In this document: piece by piece, positions 10,281 to 21,218 of the stretch | Layout: each line of letters starts with the position of its first letter | Numbering within the stretch: the stretch's first letter is position 1 | IMG/VR virus record: IMGVR_UViG_3300020055_000004 | Direction: 5' to 3' (one strand) | Source: a virus | DNA length: 64,000 nt | The notes under the pieces: generated by a model | The model's input: only the letters and a program-made list of their open reading frames with translations | The model's database searches: none | What the model was told of the DNA's origin: nothing | Translations under genes and position numbers: made by a program

Positions 10281-12488
10281 ATGGCAAAGACACTCATACC
10301 ATCAGAATTTAAGACTCATATAATTGATCAGCTGATCGAGTCTGTTACTGAATCTGCAAATACAGTTTATTATGCATTTATCGGTGATCATATCGCTGCA
10401 GGTGCAACTGAGGAAGAAGTTGATCAGCCTGTTCAAAACTATAATTCAATTCAAATACAAACATATCGAAATATGTTAATTGGTAAAAGAATGAGTTTTG
10501 ATGATATTAAATTTATGATTCCTCGTTATGACTGGGAAACAGGTACAGTATATGAAATGTATGATGATACTGTAACTAATCTACTCGACAAAAATTTCTT
10601 TGTATGTGTTGATGAGAATGCATATAAGCATGTTTACAAATGTCTCTATAATGCCAATGGCGCACAAAGTACATCCAAGCCATTATTTAAAGATGCACAG
10701 TACGATGCAGAATTATATGAAGAAGGCGATGCATATTATGAAACAACAGATGGTTATCAATGGAAATATATGTATTCTATTGATTCGCGTACTTTTTCTA
10801 AGTTTGCTACTCAAAAATATATTCCAGTAACAGCTAATACTACTATTGAAGCCAATGCAAGTGAGGGATCGATCGACGTAATTAGAGTTATATCTACTGG
10901 AAAAAACTATAGAAATTCAAAATCGGGTCAATTCATTGCTGAAGATTTTAATCGTATTACAACCACGATTGCCGATGGAGCAGGCATTGCTGATCCGACT
11001 CTATGGTATCGTATTCGCGAAGCTTCGCAGGTAGAAAATTTCTATGCCAACACTGTGATGTATCTTACGAGTGGCACTGGCTCCGGAGAATATAGATCAG
11101 TTGTACAATCTAAATATGTTACAGGCGTTGGAGTTGTTGTAAAAATCGAACAGCAATGGACACTAGCACCTGATGATACTACTACATATGAACTATCACC
11201 AGAAGTTAGAATTACCGGAAATGGTGATGAATCAGTAAAAGCCATTGCACGTGCCGTGATTAATACTGCAGCTGCAGATAGTATTGATCGAATCGAAATG
11301 TTAGAAAATGGAAGAGGATATACATACGCAGTAGCCGATGTCTTAATTGGTGCACCTGCAGATGAAGATCTCGAACAATCGGGTGTGTTAATTGAAACTA
11401 CACCTGCACAACTTAGACCAATTATTTCTCCTCAAGGTGGCCACGGCGCAAATACTGCAGTTGAATTGGGTGCTAAACATCTAGCGATGTACATGAAATT
11501 TAATAGAGACGAAACTGGTTTGATTGCAACAGAAAATACGTTTGGTCAATTTGGAATCGTAAGAGATCCAATGTATGCAAACGTTGAAATATATTATACA
11601 TCTCCCACTGGTATTTTTATTGAAGATGAAGCCGTCGAACAATTTATACCATTAAAATTAAATGGAACGTTTAATGCAAACACTACATTGCAAGATGGAA
11701 AATTTGTGCAAAGAACAGACGGATTAGAAGATAATTACGCTGAATTTTTTGACACAGGCGATAAGATCTATATAAAGAATGCAGATAATACTGATCAAGT
11801 TTTTATGACAGAAGTTGCAGTGGGTTCAAATACTACCGCGATTTCATTGAAAGATGAAATCGCTTTTCTTGTTGATGGATTTGATTTTAATGTTGAAGTC
11901 TTTAGGTCTAAAACAGTTGCAACTGCAAAAATTACAAACACAAATCCACCTGTAGCATCACCGGGTGCTACTGCGTTCTTATGTGATAAGGTAGAACCTA
12001 ATTTTGTGGTCGGCGAATTAGTATATGGTAGAACATCGCGAGTCGTAGCAGAAGTCACTGGTATTGATATAAATAATAGGATTAATAGTAGTACTGCAAC
12101 ATTTAACTTTGCTGATTACAATCAAATGTTAAAAATTCAAGGTACTACTACTGATACACTAGAATATAATGAAAAAGTAAGACAAGTACCTTTTAATACT
12201 GCTGAAATTCAAGGTGCTTCTCCCATCGATGCAACTGGATTTATACATTCGTGGACAAGCGATCAAATAAATCTAACAAGAGTCGAAGGTGATTTTCAAT
12301 CCGGAGGAAATGAAATTACTGGAGACAACAGTGGTGCAGTTTTTGAACGAGTGCCAGGTGATAACTTCGATATCACATACGGAGATCTAGATCCAAATGA
12401 AGGATCGATCATATATATACAAAATGATATACCTGTTTCCAGAGAACAGAATCAATCAGAAGAAATTCGAGTAATCTTGGAGTTTTAA
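10281..12488 (+). CDS. gp8: Baseplate wedge protein gp8-like
   Basis: IPRYDWETGTVYEMYDD, VYKCLYN, DGYQWKYMYSI, IISPQGGHG, C-terminal GSIIYIQN..PVSR...QSEEIRVILEF. Confidence 0.85.
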   Translation: MAKTLIPSEFKTHIIDQLIESVTESANTVYYAFIGDHIAAGATEEEVDQPVQNYNSIQIQTYRNMLIGKRMSFDDIKFMIPRYDWETGTVYEMYDDTVTNLLDKNFFVCVDENAYKHVYKCLYNANGAQSTSKPLFKDAQYDAELYEEGDAYYETTDGYQWKYMYSIDSRTFSKFATQKYIPVTANTTIEANASEGSIDVIRVISTGKNYRNSKSGQFIAEDFNRITTTIADGAGIADPTLWYRIREASQVENFYANTVMYLTSGTGSGEYRSVVQSKYVTGVGVVVKIEQQWTLAPDDTTTYELSPEVRITGNGDESVKAIARAVINTAAADSIDRIEMLENGRGYTYAVADVLIGAPADEDLEQSGVLIETTPAQLRPIISPQGGHGANTAVELGAKHLAMYMKFNRDETGLIATENTFGQFGIVRDPMYANVEIYYTSPTGIFIEDEAVEQFIPLKLNGTFNANTTLQDGKFVQRTDGLEDNYAEFFDTGDKIYIKNADNTDQVFMTEVAVGSNTTAISLKDEIAFLVDGFDFNVEVFRSKTVATAKITNTNPPVASPGATAFLCDKVEPNFVVGELVYGRTSRVVAEVTGIDINNRINSSTATFNFADYNQMLKIQGTTTDTLEYNEKVRQVPFNTAEIQGASPIDATGFIHSWTSDQINLTRVEGDFQSGGNEITGDNSGAVFERVPGDNFDITYGDLDPNEGSIIYIQNDIPVSREQNQSEEIRVILEF

Positions 12489-12491
12489 TCA

Positions 12492-15400
12492 ATGCCCCTT
12501 ACTACAAATTTATCGGTTTCTCCTTACTTCGACGATTACGATACAAATAGCGAATACTATCGTATCTTATTTAAGCCAGCAACGGCAGTCCAAGTACGTG
12601 AGATGAATCAATTGCAGGCTATGCTGCAACACCAGATTGAAGAATTTGGTGATCATATATTGAGATCCGGAACGATTTTATCAGGATGCCAATTCTCATT
12701 TAAATACTCAATGCCATACGTTAAGATTCTCGATAATGCAGAATCTGGTGCAGCGGTTGATGTAGCTCGATATACTGGTTACTTTGTTGAGGGGCAAACA
12801 AACAAAGTAAACGCACGAATTACTCATACAATTGCAGGTTTTGAAGGATCTGATCCTGATCTTAACACCCTATATGTTGAATATACTGATTCCGGTACTA
12901 ATTTCGATATTGATGGTTTTGTAGAAGACGAAGTATTAAAAATTTATTCTGCGGATAAAAGACTACACGATATTATTATTACCGACCCGTCATCAGGCTT
13001 TGCTAACTCAGATACTGTAGTTATTTTGTCTGCAATTGAAGTATCAAACGTAACATCTGGTACATCTGAAGGTATATCATTAGGATCATCTGAAGTATTA
13101 TTGGATGACAGTGGCACACCGACGGTTCGTGTTGAAACATACGCTGCACAAGAAGTATTAGAAGAAGAAAATACTGTATTACTTCGTATTAAACCAGTTG
13201 ATTCTGATTTGGCGCCAACGCCAGATGCTACATTCTGGGAAAATTTGGAAGAAGGTACAACTCTTATTGGTCAAACAACCGGTCAAGAAGTAAAAGTTGT
13301 TAAGATTCGAGGAACTGGTGCAACAGGCAAAATTACTACAACTCGTACTGGTTCTATTGCATCAGCAGAAATTTCTACTGGTGGTAAAGATTATGATATA
13401 TTACCATATGTAACTCTTTATTCTACAACTGCAACTACACTTCAGGTTGGCCAATTAACTCTTACTGCACAGGATTATGTAACTAGAGTTAAAGTTGCAT
13501 CATCTGCACAGTTTACTGATCCGATTGGTTATGGTTTTGGCGTTAATGTAACTGAAGGTAAAATTTATCAGAAAGGTCATTTTCTAAAAGTTGATACTCA
13601 ATTTGCAATTGTCAGCAAATATTCTAATACTCCATCAGATTTGTCGGTTGGTTTCGATACAACTGAATCGATTGTAAACGTTTTTACAGATTCTACGTTG
13701 TATGATAATGCACAAGGTTTTTCAAACGAAGGTGCACCGGGTGCTAACAGACTTAAATTAATACCAAGATTGGTTGCTAAAACATCAGCTGAAGAAGAAT
13801 CTGATGCTGCATATTTTCCAATTATTAAATTTAATAATGGTCGACCTTTTGCTATTAATGAACTGACACAATACGGTAAGTTAGGTGATATGATTGCCCG
13901 ACGTACCTATGAAGAATCGGGTAACTATACTCTCGATCCCTTCCGATTGGCCACTAAATCATCAGAAAATATTGCAAATACAGATACACATTTTACATAT
14001 GTAATTGATCCCGGTCATGCATATATTAATGGTTATCGAGTAAAAACAATTGCTAACTTCATTAAAGAAGTACCTAAGGGATTGGAGGTTTTATCAGAAA
14101 CCGCCCTTGGTCGAGATATGGAATATGCTAACTACATCATTGTTAATAATTTAACTGGTGTATTTGATTTTAAAAATGCAGATGATATTGAATTATATAG
14201 TACTGCTGCATCGAAGTTAGATGATGCAAATGGTCCTGCCAGTGGAACTGCCGGCATGGGTACACAGGTTGGTTCTGCTAAAATTAGAAGTATTGTATTA
14301 GAAAATGGAACACCGGGCACACCATCGGCAACATATAGACTTCACTTATTTGATATTACAATGCAATCCGGTAAAAACTTCCAGCGCGATGTACGAAGTG
14401 TATATTCATCTGCTGGATCATTATTTGGTGCTGCAGATGTTGTTTTGACATCTGGTAGTGAATATACCTTACGTGAACTAAAGAGCACAGGAACTGGTGA
14501 TGCTAACGGCGAGTTTATACCAGCATCATATCGACAAAAAGCAGATATCTATGGATCAACAAATCAAAGTCTAATCGTAGATACTGGTCGAGCCACAACT
14601 CTTGATGGTGATGCAGCTAATAATGTTACATACACATATCGTACTAGTACAGATGATTTGACTGTAGGTTCTGCTGGTACAATTTCTATCAGTGCTGCAG
14701 CTTCTACGATATTTCCATATATTGGAAATCTTACAGATGCTGAAAGAAAAGAACTTATACTTGTACCTAATCAAGATTTAGTTGCAGGTTCGACTTTTGC
14801 ATCTGGTTTGACGTTTACTACTGATACTTCAGGTACTTATACTCTTCTAACTGCAACAGCAGGTACACCTAATTTCTCTTCGAATGTTCAAGCAGGAGAT
14901 TGGATTACAGATGGTGTAAATACTTCGCTCATCATTGAAGTAGTAGGACAAGATGCAATTAGAGTAATTAAAAATGGATCTTATCCTACAGCTGGCACAC
15001 TAAAGCGCGTATTCCCCGCGTATGTTCCTATTAATAGATTTACTGCATCATCTACGGCACCTTATTCTTCGTTGATTGTAGATCTCGGTATTACATTTAG
15101 TTCAGATATTACTAATGCACTAACTGCAACATATAATTTAAAGAGTGAAAATACTTCACCAATAGCGTTTACTGTACGAAGAAAAAGATATGTCAAATTA
15201 ACGACTGCAGCTGGTTTTACAAAAGAAGCAAATAGATCATTAGGTATACCGGGTATCTTTAGATTGCGCGCCGTATATAATGGTACGACAACAGCGGCAA
15301 CAGATATTACAAATGAATTCTTTGTTGATATGGGTCAGACTGCTAATTATTGGGGTTTAGGATCACTTCGAAAAAATGATACATCATCTGTGTCATTAGC

Positions 15401-18251
15401 AGCAACGATTTTGGTCGAAGTAGATTATTTGGAACCAGCTGCCCGCGGCGGCTTAAAAACTGTTGACTCATATCCTATTGATGATGAAAAAGATTTAGAT
15501 GCATTGACCACAGCTGGCACGAATATTCATAATCTTGAAATTCCTGTTATTACAGTACAAGGCATTACGTATGATTTACGAGAAGCATTTGACTTTAGAC
15601 CATTTGTAGATCAAACTGCTGCTGATGCTACCACAGATGCAACAGCATCAACCGATCCGAGTGGAACAATTGCATTTACTGGTCTCAGTGGTCTAAAATT
15701 CCCACGGCCGCAGGGCGATATTATATACGATATAAGATCATATAAGGGAAGAACAGATGAGATCATGATCGATATTGATGGTGATTTTCATATTGCTCAA
15801 GATACCAACAAATTAGATAAATCAGATCCAAACGCGATTGTCTTATATAAGGTAGATGTTGCTCCCTATCCTAGTTTACCACAAGTATTGTCGACAGACA
15901 TAACTACAATTCTATACACAAATGTCATCAGCGAACGCGATACTTCAGGATATCGTGGTGATCGATATTCTATCAAAGCTACCAGAATTGACGATCAAAA
16001 TGAAGGTTATACAATGTCAGACATCGCAAAATTAGAGCGACGTCTAGAAGCATTAGAATATAATCAAAATATATCAGAACTTGAAGACTCAGTTAAGAAT
16101 AGAAAAATCCCAAGTTCGGTAGATTCTACACTTGAAAGATTTAAGTTTGGTTTCTTTGTTGATAATTTTGAAAACTATGATCTGGCAAATATTCAAAATC
16201 CTGAATATAATGCATCAATTTATGAATATGTATTGCAACCAGCTCGTGGTACATCTACAATTGATTATAAGCTCGATGCACAGTCAGGACCATATAGAAC
16301 AGGAAATAAAGTTACTTTTCCATTTTCACGCAAAAGATTATTATCACAAAAATTTGCTACTTATGGACCATATATTCCTGAGCCACAGCCACCTGCCATT
16401 ACTGATGCATGTCAATTTGTATCGAATAGAAATACAAAGAATATAGGAGATTCAACGGGTAGTTGGTCTAAACTACAAAATGTTTGGGAAGAAGCTAGTT
16501 TCTTAGCACCCGATTTTACTGATAATTCAACTAGAAATATCGATCTTACTTTTTATATTCCGAGGGGCAAGGTTGCATTTGAAATTATTCAATCATCTAC
16601 TAAGCCTACGCGTGGATTGGAAAATGCAAATATAGTTTGGTCAAGTGCATCACAAACACCAGTCGCCGTAACACCGCCTGATGCAATTGCTCTTTATAAA
16701 AAATTATATCCTGTTAAAAATAGTAGAAATTCAGCTATTTCATATGCCGATAATCCGTGGTTTGTAGCATTGTCTGCAGCCGGAACTATAACCTTGACCG
16801 GTTCACCATCGGGCACTATTAATTACAATTGTTTTAAAGGTGCTGGAAAAATTTCCATTCCTTATGATTATACAAAAGGAAAATGGATCACAGTACGTGC
16901 TATTAAGGGTGGTGAAATATTTAACTATGAAATCTGTTATCCTACAATTACAGTTGCTGATCCAATCTTTGACACAGGTGCGACCGAAAGAAATACACGA
17001 CCACCTTCATCAGCTAAAGGCACATTCCTCTATACTAAATGTATTGGTACAACATTAGTAACATATGTTTCTGATGGCAATTATGGTACTCAAGTTGGTA
17101 ATAGGGCTCCTAATTCAACTAAATGTGGTTATGTAATACCTGTTCCTAATCCGGTACCAGTGCCTGAACCTGTTATTCCTGCTCCACCTGCGTGTCCTCC
17201 ATCTGGCACAGTAGCAAAAACATTTTGTACGGCTACTATTGATAAAACATTAAATACATTTGTTTTTACTGGTAAAAGAGGAACAAATGGTAAGTGTGCC
17301 ATTAAATTGTCGACATCAGATCCAAATAATGTTCCAGTATGTAAATATGTGGCACCAAAACCACCACCGCCTGTTTGTACGAGTCCTGTACGACCAGCAC
17401 CAAAACAAGACGATGGCTGTGATAATCCAACACCAACAAATCCGGATTGTTCAATTGCAGTAGCGCCACCGGTGAAACCAGCTGTACCTCCGGTAGTTGT
17501 TAGGCCACCAATCATTCGGGGAAGTCCTCCGCCCGTAGTACCTCCGGTGAAGGCACCACCAAAAGTTCCGCCGCCTATGCCGGATCCTTTGCCTGTGCCG
17601 CCTAAAGTGATTAAGCAGCCGCCAAGACAGCCAGCACCTAATCCAATACCGGATAAGGTACCTACTAGAAGGCCGCCGTATAGATCACCTTCGGTGCCGC
17701 CTAGCATTCCTCCGATTGCAACTAATCCGGTGACGCCGGCTACACCAGATCCAGCACCAAAAACAACACATGGTGGTCATGGATGCTTTGTAGCAAATAC
17801 GAAAATATTAATGAGTGATTTCTCTTATAAGAATATTCAAGATATTGTCGTAGGCGATGAAGTTGTAGGTCAACATGGCGAGTTTAATGATGTTGTAGAA
17901 TTGTTCCCAATTCCAGTTGAATTGAGACCGATGGCTACTATCAATGATAAACTAACATTGACAGCATATCATCCTATTTTAACCTCAGAAGGATGGCGAG
18001 CAGTTGATGCAGTTAAAGCAGCACAAATGCATCCTGATATGGAAATATCACAACTAGAAATTGGTGATACAATTATAACGTTAACTGATGCTGGTATGAC
18101 ATCTTCTGAAGTTGTAATAAATATTCATAAGTTTGATGATAGTATTGAAGTGTTTAACTTCCACGTTGATGGTGATAATACTTACACAGCCGACAACGTC
18201 GTTGTACATAATAAACTAACCAGACATATTAGAACTACTAGACTACATTAA
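12492..18251 (+). CDS. VrlC/DUF4815-like large virion protein (N-terminal part) with Cys/Pro-rich linker and C-terminal Hint domain
   Basis: NLSVSPYFDDY...YYRILFKP..AVQVREMNQLQ, APGANRLK, ARRTYEESGNY, YTMSDIAKLERRLEALEY, RFKFGFFVDNF; Pro-rich tract near 17130-17760; Hint domain at 17784-18212. Confidence 0.8.
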   Translation: MPLTTNLSVSPYFDDYDTNSEYYRILFKPATAVQVREMNQLQAMLQHQIEEFGDHILRSGTILSGCQFSFKYSMPYVKILDNAESGAAVDVARYTGYFVEGQTNKVNARITHTIAGFEGSDPDLNTLYVEYTDSGTNFDIDGFVEDEVLKIYSADKRLHDIIITDPSSGFANSDTVVILSAIEVSNVTSGTSEGISLGSSEVLLDDSGTPTVRVETYAAQEVLEEENTVLLRIKPVDSDLAPTPDATFWENLEEGTTLIGQTTGQEVKVVKIRGTGATGKITTTRTGSIASAEISTGGKDYDILPYVTLYSTTATTLQVGQLTLTAQDYVTRVKVASSAQFTDPIGYGFGVNVTEGKIYQKGHFLKVDTQFAIVSKYSNTPSDLSVGFDTTESIVNVFTDSTLYDNAQGFSNEGAPGANRLKLIPRLVAKTSAEEESDAAYFPIIKFNNGRPFAINELTQYGKLGDMIARRTYEESGNYTLDPFRLATKSSENIANTDTHFTYVIDPGHAYINGYRVKTIANFIKEVPKGLEVLSETALGRDMEYANYIIVNNLTGVFDFKNADDIELYSTAASKLDDANGPASGTAGMGTQVGSAKIRSIVLENGTPGTPSATYRLHLFDITMQSGKNFQRDVRSVYSSAGSLFGAADVVLTSGSEYTLRELKSTGTGDANGEFIPASYRQKADIYGSTNQSLIVDTGRATTLDGDAANNVTYTYRTSTDDLTVGSAGTISISAAASTIFPYIGNLTDAERKELILVPNQDLVAGSTFASGLTFTTDTSGTYTLLTATAGTPNFSSNVQAGDWITDGVNTSLIIEVVGQDAIRVIKNGSYPTAGTLKRVFPAYVPINRFTASSTAPYSSLIVDLGITFSSDITNALTATYNLKSENTSPIAFTVRRKRYVKLTTAAGFTKEANRSLGIPGIFRLRAVYNGTTTAATDITNEFFVDMGQTANYWGLGSLRKNDTSSVSLAATILVEVDYLEPAARGGLKTVDSYPIDDEKDLDALTTAGTNIHNLEIPVITVQGITYDLREAFDFRPFVDQTAADATTDATASTDPSGTIAFTGLSGLKFPRPQGDIIYDIRSYKGRTDEIMIDIDGDFHIAQDTNKLDKSDPNAIVLYKVDVAPYPSLPQVLSTDITTILYTNVISERDTSGYRGDRYSIKATRIDDQNEGYTMSDIAKLERRLEALEYNQNISELEDSVKNRKIPSSVDSTLERFKFGFFVDNFENYDLANIQNPEYNASIYEYVLQPARGTSTIDYKLDAQSGPYRTGNKVTFPFSRKRLLSQKFATYGPYIPEPQPPAITDACQFVSNRNTKNIGDSTGSWSKLQNVWEEASFLAPDFTDNSTRNIDLTFYIPRGKVAFEIIQSSTKPTRGLENANIVWSSASQTPVAVTPPDAIALYKKLYPVKNSRNSAISYADNPWFVALSAAGTITLTGSPSGTINYNCFKGAGKISIPYDYTKGKWITVRAIKGGEIFNYEICYPTITVADPIFDTGATERNTRPPSSAKGTFLYTKCIGTTLVTYVSDGNYGTQVGNRAPNSTKCGYVIPVPNPVPVPEPVIPAPPACPPSGTVAKTFCTATIDKTLNTFVFTGKRGTNGKCAIKLSTSDPNNVPVCKYVAPKPPPPVCTSPVRPAPKQDDGCDNPTPTNPDCSIAVAPPVKPAVPPVVVRPPIIRGSPPPVVPPVKAPPKVPPPMPDPLPVPPKVIKQPPRQPAPNPIPDKVPTRRPPYRSPSVPPSIPPIATNPVTPATPDPAPKTTHGGHGCFVANTKILMSDFSYKNIQDIVVGDEVVGQHGEFNDVVELFPIPVELRPMATINDKLTLTAYHPILTSEGWRAVDAVKAAQMHPDMEISQLEIGDTIITLTDAGMTSSEVVINIHKFDDSIEVFNFHVDGDNTYTADNVVVHNKLTRHIRTTRLH
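17784..18212 (+). other. Hint (intein-like autoprocessing) domain, aa 1765-1907
   Basis: Block A CFVANTKILM, block B TAYH (TxxH), block F/G VFNFHVDGDNTYTADNVVVHN; the residue after Asn is Lys. Confidence 0.9.
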
Positions 18252-18263
18252 TAAGGTACAATA

Positions 18264-21029
18264 ATGGCTCGTAAAAGATTAATAGGAAATTTAGCAGCTT
18301 TAAAGCAAAAAGATGATAATTTCTTTTCATTGCCTGAAAAATATGAGTTGAATCATGTGCCAGGTGGTTTAACTAAAATCAAAGCGGCTGGGTTAAAACC
18401 TAATACTCGTTATAAGGTAATGTTAGATAATAAACCCGGTCAACAATTTGAAGATGTGACTGATTTCTCTTTACCTATCGGTGAATCTATAAAAAATAAT
18501 TTACACCGGGCTGGCAATAGAGGCATACTGACATATTTAAAAACTGATGATGCTGGTAAATTAGATTTAACGGTAATGAACTTTGGCGGCGATGCTATTA
18601 GTACTGTCGGTACTCCTACGGCTGGTCAACGTAGTGCAGTCGAACTGTGGAAACAATATCGGCAGCGTAGTAAGAGTCATGATAAAGGTCGGGAAAAAAT
18701 TAAACTTATCGAGTATTCACAAGTTAATAATCCTGATTCTGATTCAAGAATTAAAACTGTAAAGTTTCAATATAATAGTAGTACAATTGATGACGAAGCT
18801 AATATTGGTGATGACGCGTTACCTCCGGGTATTATTGCAGATGCAACACTGCCAAAAACAGGTAAACATCGACCAAGACGACAAACCGAAACAACTGGTG
18901 CATTTTATCAAACGTTTTTCATTAATTCTAGACTTGTCGGTGGATCAAAAACTGTCGATATTACAGATGTAGTTTTATATTTACGAAGAAAGCCTGGCCA
19001 AACAGGTAATAGAAGCGGCCGAAAAAATCCGGGCATTAACGTTATTTTGTTGGAATGTAATGCAGATGGAAGTCCAAATATCAGTGGTCGATTTGAAGAC
19101 GGTGTCGCTCGAGCAGAATGGCACGAAACTAAAGCTTCACCACTCGCTGCATCAGGTACTAGATTTGAATTCGATTCTCCAGTAACTGTTGACACCAATA
19201 AATCATATGCTCTTTGTATACAACCAGAAGATGAAGAATATATTTTTTGGTACAGTCAAAAAGGTGATTTATTATTGGTAAATGGTAATAGATCCGAACA
19301 GCGTTCAGGTGGATCATCAAAAGAACATCAAGGTGATTATTATCCTGCACGTACTTCTGCTAGTCGCGGTGCAGTCTTAAGTGCTAAGAGAGAACGACCT
19401 TGGCAACCTGATACAAATCTAGATTTAAAATTCGATGTAAATATTGCTGAATATAATATCGGTGATGTATCAGTAAACTTTATACACAAAGACTATGAAT
19501 TTATACAATTAGTTTATGGCACAGACGATAATTGGATGCCCGGCGAATGGGTTTATAAAGATAAAACAGCAGATTCTACTGGTATTTCAATTACAGCAGG
19601 TCAAAAAGTTATTACCGGAACAGGAATGGCATCTGTTAACGACGGCGATAAGTTAGTTGTAATAGATGGTACAGATAGTACAATTGTACAAATATTTACA
19701 GTAGATACGAGTATCGCTGCACCGTCATCAACTAAAATATATGTAGAAGAATATTGTGAAAGAACAATTACTAATGGTAGTTTTAAAAACACAGTAATTG
19801 GAAGAATCGAAGTATATGATTTCGATTTTAAATTTATGAGATTGAATGATTCGTCAGTAAATGTTACACAATATGATGTGGATAATACTAAACGTTTTTG
19901 GGCAGCCGATACTATTATAGGTCATCAATCAGGATCTACAGGTACAATTGATTATATGGATACTCTTGATGTATCTATTTTTAGAACAGCTTGGAATGGT
20001 GATTTGCCTACTGAATTCGATGCTACATCTTATTACAAATTTGCAGAATCGGTTGGCGGTGGTGTATATGAATTAGATGATACTACTCCAAATATGTATT
20101 TGAACGCAGTAAATAATGTTGACTATACTGCTGAAATTCTATCAAAATCAATAGAAGTTGATCAATCTACTAATATGCATAATGCATCAAGCGATTCAAA
20201 ATCATCTATACTTAATCTATCATTTGTTTATAATGGACAAAAAACAAAAGTCTATAATGTACCAGCTTTTGAAATTGATGAATTACAGGTTGTTGCTCAT
20301 AGATTTGCTATTAACAATGATTCGACTAACGAACATACGAATGATGGTAATGCGATTACTAAACATATTTCTAAGAAATTAGAGTTTGATGGCCAAAGAG
20401 CCGAGGACATACGTGTTATTATTAATGCATACAGACCACGACAAACAGAAATTGAAATTTATGCTAAAATTCTAAACTCAGATGATCCAGCATCGTTCGA
20501 TGATAAGTATTGGACCAAATTGACAAATTTATCTTCTATTGATGATTATTCATCATCTTTGAATAGAACGGATTATAGAGAATATGAATACGGATTTCCA
20601 TTCTATCCACCTTCTGCAACAACATTGAGTGGAGAATATACGGCTACATTAGATAGTGCAGTTTTAACGACAACATCTGGAACTGGTACAGATGTATCAG
20701 CAGGCGACGTAATTAAAATTTATAGTCCTATTTTCTCAGATAATTATGGAGTATTTTCAGTTGAAACTTCAGATGCTGGATCAATTACATTGAATGAACC
20801 TGTATCAAATACCAGTATAGCACAAGATGGTTTAAAAATTGATACACTAACGACACCATATACTGCATTTAAGAATATCGAAAATGACGATATCGTTAGA
20901 TACTTTGGTGTATCAGGTGAATCATATGATAACTATGATACTGTTGCAATAAAGATTGTGTTACTGGCGGAAGATCGTAAATTAACACCTAAAGTTGATG
21001 ATTACAGAGTTATAGGAGTTTCTGCATAA
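18264..21029 (+). CDS. VrlC-like virion protein, C-terminal part
   Basis: GLKPNTRY, QTFF...VDITDVVLY, T.FEFDSPV, DLKF, YREYEY and C-terminal IKIVL....P.V.DYRVIGVS resemble the C-terminal half of VrlC-type proteins. Confidence 0.65.
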   Translation: MARKRLIGNLAALKQKDDNFFSLPEKYELNHVPGGLTKIKAAGLKPNTRYKVMLDNKPGQQFEDVTDFSLPIGESIKNNLHRAGNRGILTYLKTDDAGKLDLTVMNFGGDAISTVGTPTAGQRSAVELWKQYRQRSKSHDKGREKIKLIEYSQVNNPDSDSRIKTVKFQYNSSTIDDEANIGDDALPPGIIADATLPKTGKHRPRRQTETTGAFYQTFFINSRLVGGSKTVDITDVVLYLRRKPGQTGNRSGRKNPGINVILLECNADGSPNISGRFEDGVARAEWHETKASPLAASGTRFEFDSPVTVDTNKSYALCIQPEDEEYIFWYSQKGDLLLVNGNRSEQRSGGSSKEHQGDYYPARTSASRGAVLSAKRERPWQPDTNLDLKFDVNIAEYNIGDVSVNFIHKDYEFIQLVYGTDDNWMPGEWVYKDKTADSTGISITAGQKVITGTGMASVNDGDKLVVIDGTDSTIVQIFTVDTSIAAPSSTKIYVEEYCERTITNGSFKNTVIGRIEVYDFDFKFMRLNDSSVNVTQYDVDNTKRFWAADTIIGHQSGSTGTIDYMDTLDVSIFRTAWNGDLPTEFDATSYYKFAESVGGGVYELDDTTPNMYLNAVNNVDYTAEILSKSIEVDQSTNMHNASSDSKSSILNLSFVYNGQKTKVYNVPAFEIDELQVVAHRFAINNDSTNEHTNDGNAITKHISKKLEFDGQRAEDIRVIINAYRPRQTEIEIYAKILNSDDPASFDDKYWTKLTNLSSIDDYSSSLNRTDYREYEYGFPFYPPSATTLSGEYTATLDSAVLTTTSGTGTDVSAGDVIKIYSPIFSDNYGVFSVETSDAGSITLNEPVSNTSIAQDGLKIDTLTTPYTAFKNIENDDIVRYFGVSGESYDNYDTVAIKIVLLAEDRKLTPKVDDYRVIGVSA

Positions 21030-21214
21030 TGTCAGAAAGTTTAGTGAAGATTGATGAAGGTGTGTTTATAAATAATAATATCGATGAATTCGAACAATAT
21101 AAATTAGCAAGACGCCGGGCAAAAAGAGAAGTAGATTTGTCAGCTCGTATTTCACGGTTAGAAAACGAAATCGCAGATTTAAAAAAAATAATCAAAGATT
21201 TAACAGTAGGATAA
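21029..21214 (+). CDS. Small coiled-coil hypothetical protein
   Basis: TAATG coupling; heptad pattern ISRLENEIADLKKII. Confidence 0.75.
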   Translation: MSESLVKIDEGVFINNNIDEFEQYKLARRRAKREVDLSARISRLENEIADLKKIIKDLTVG

Positions 21215-21218
21215 AGTA

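Noticed and set aside
12068-12075. Intragenic TATAAATA copies (12068, 21067, 48530)
   Set aside because: An 8-mer of A/T is expected by chance in this AT-rich DNA and these lie 150-420 nt from the next start; possible but unsupported as promoters.
17784-18212. Canonical mobile intein
   Set aside because: No homing endonuclease, the +1 residue is Lys rather than Cys/Ser/Thr, the C-extein is only 12 aa, and it is not inserted in a conserved enzyme motif.
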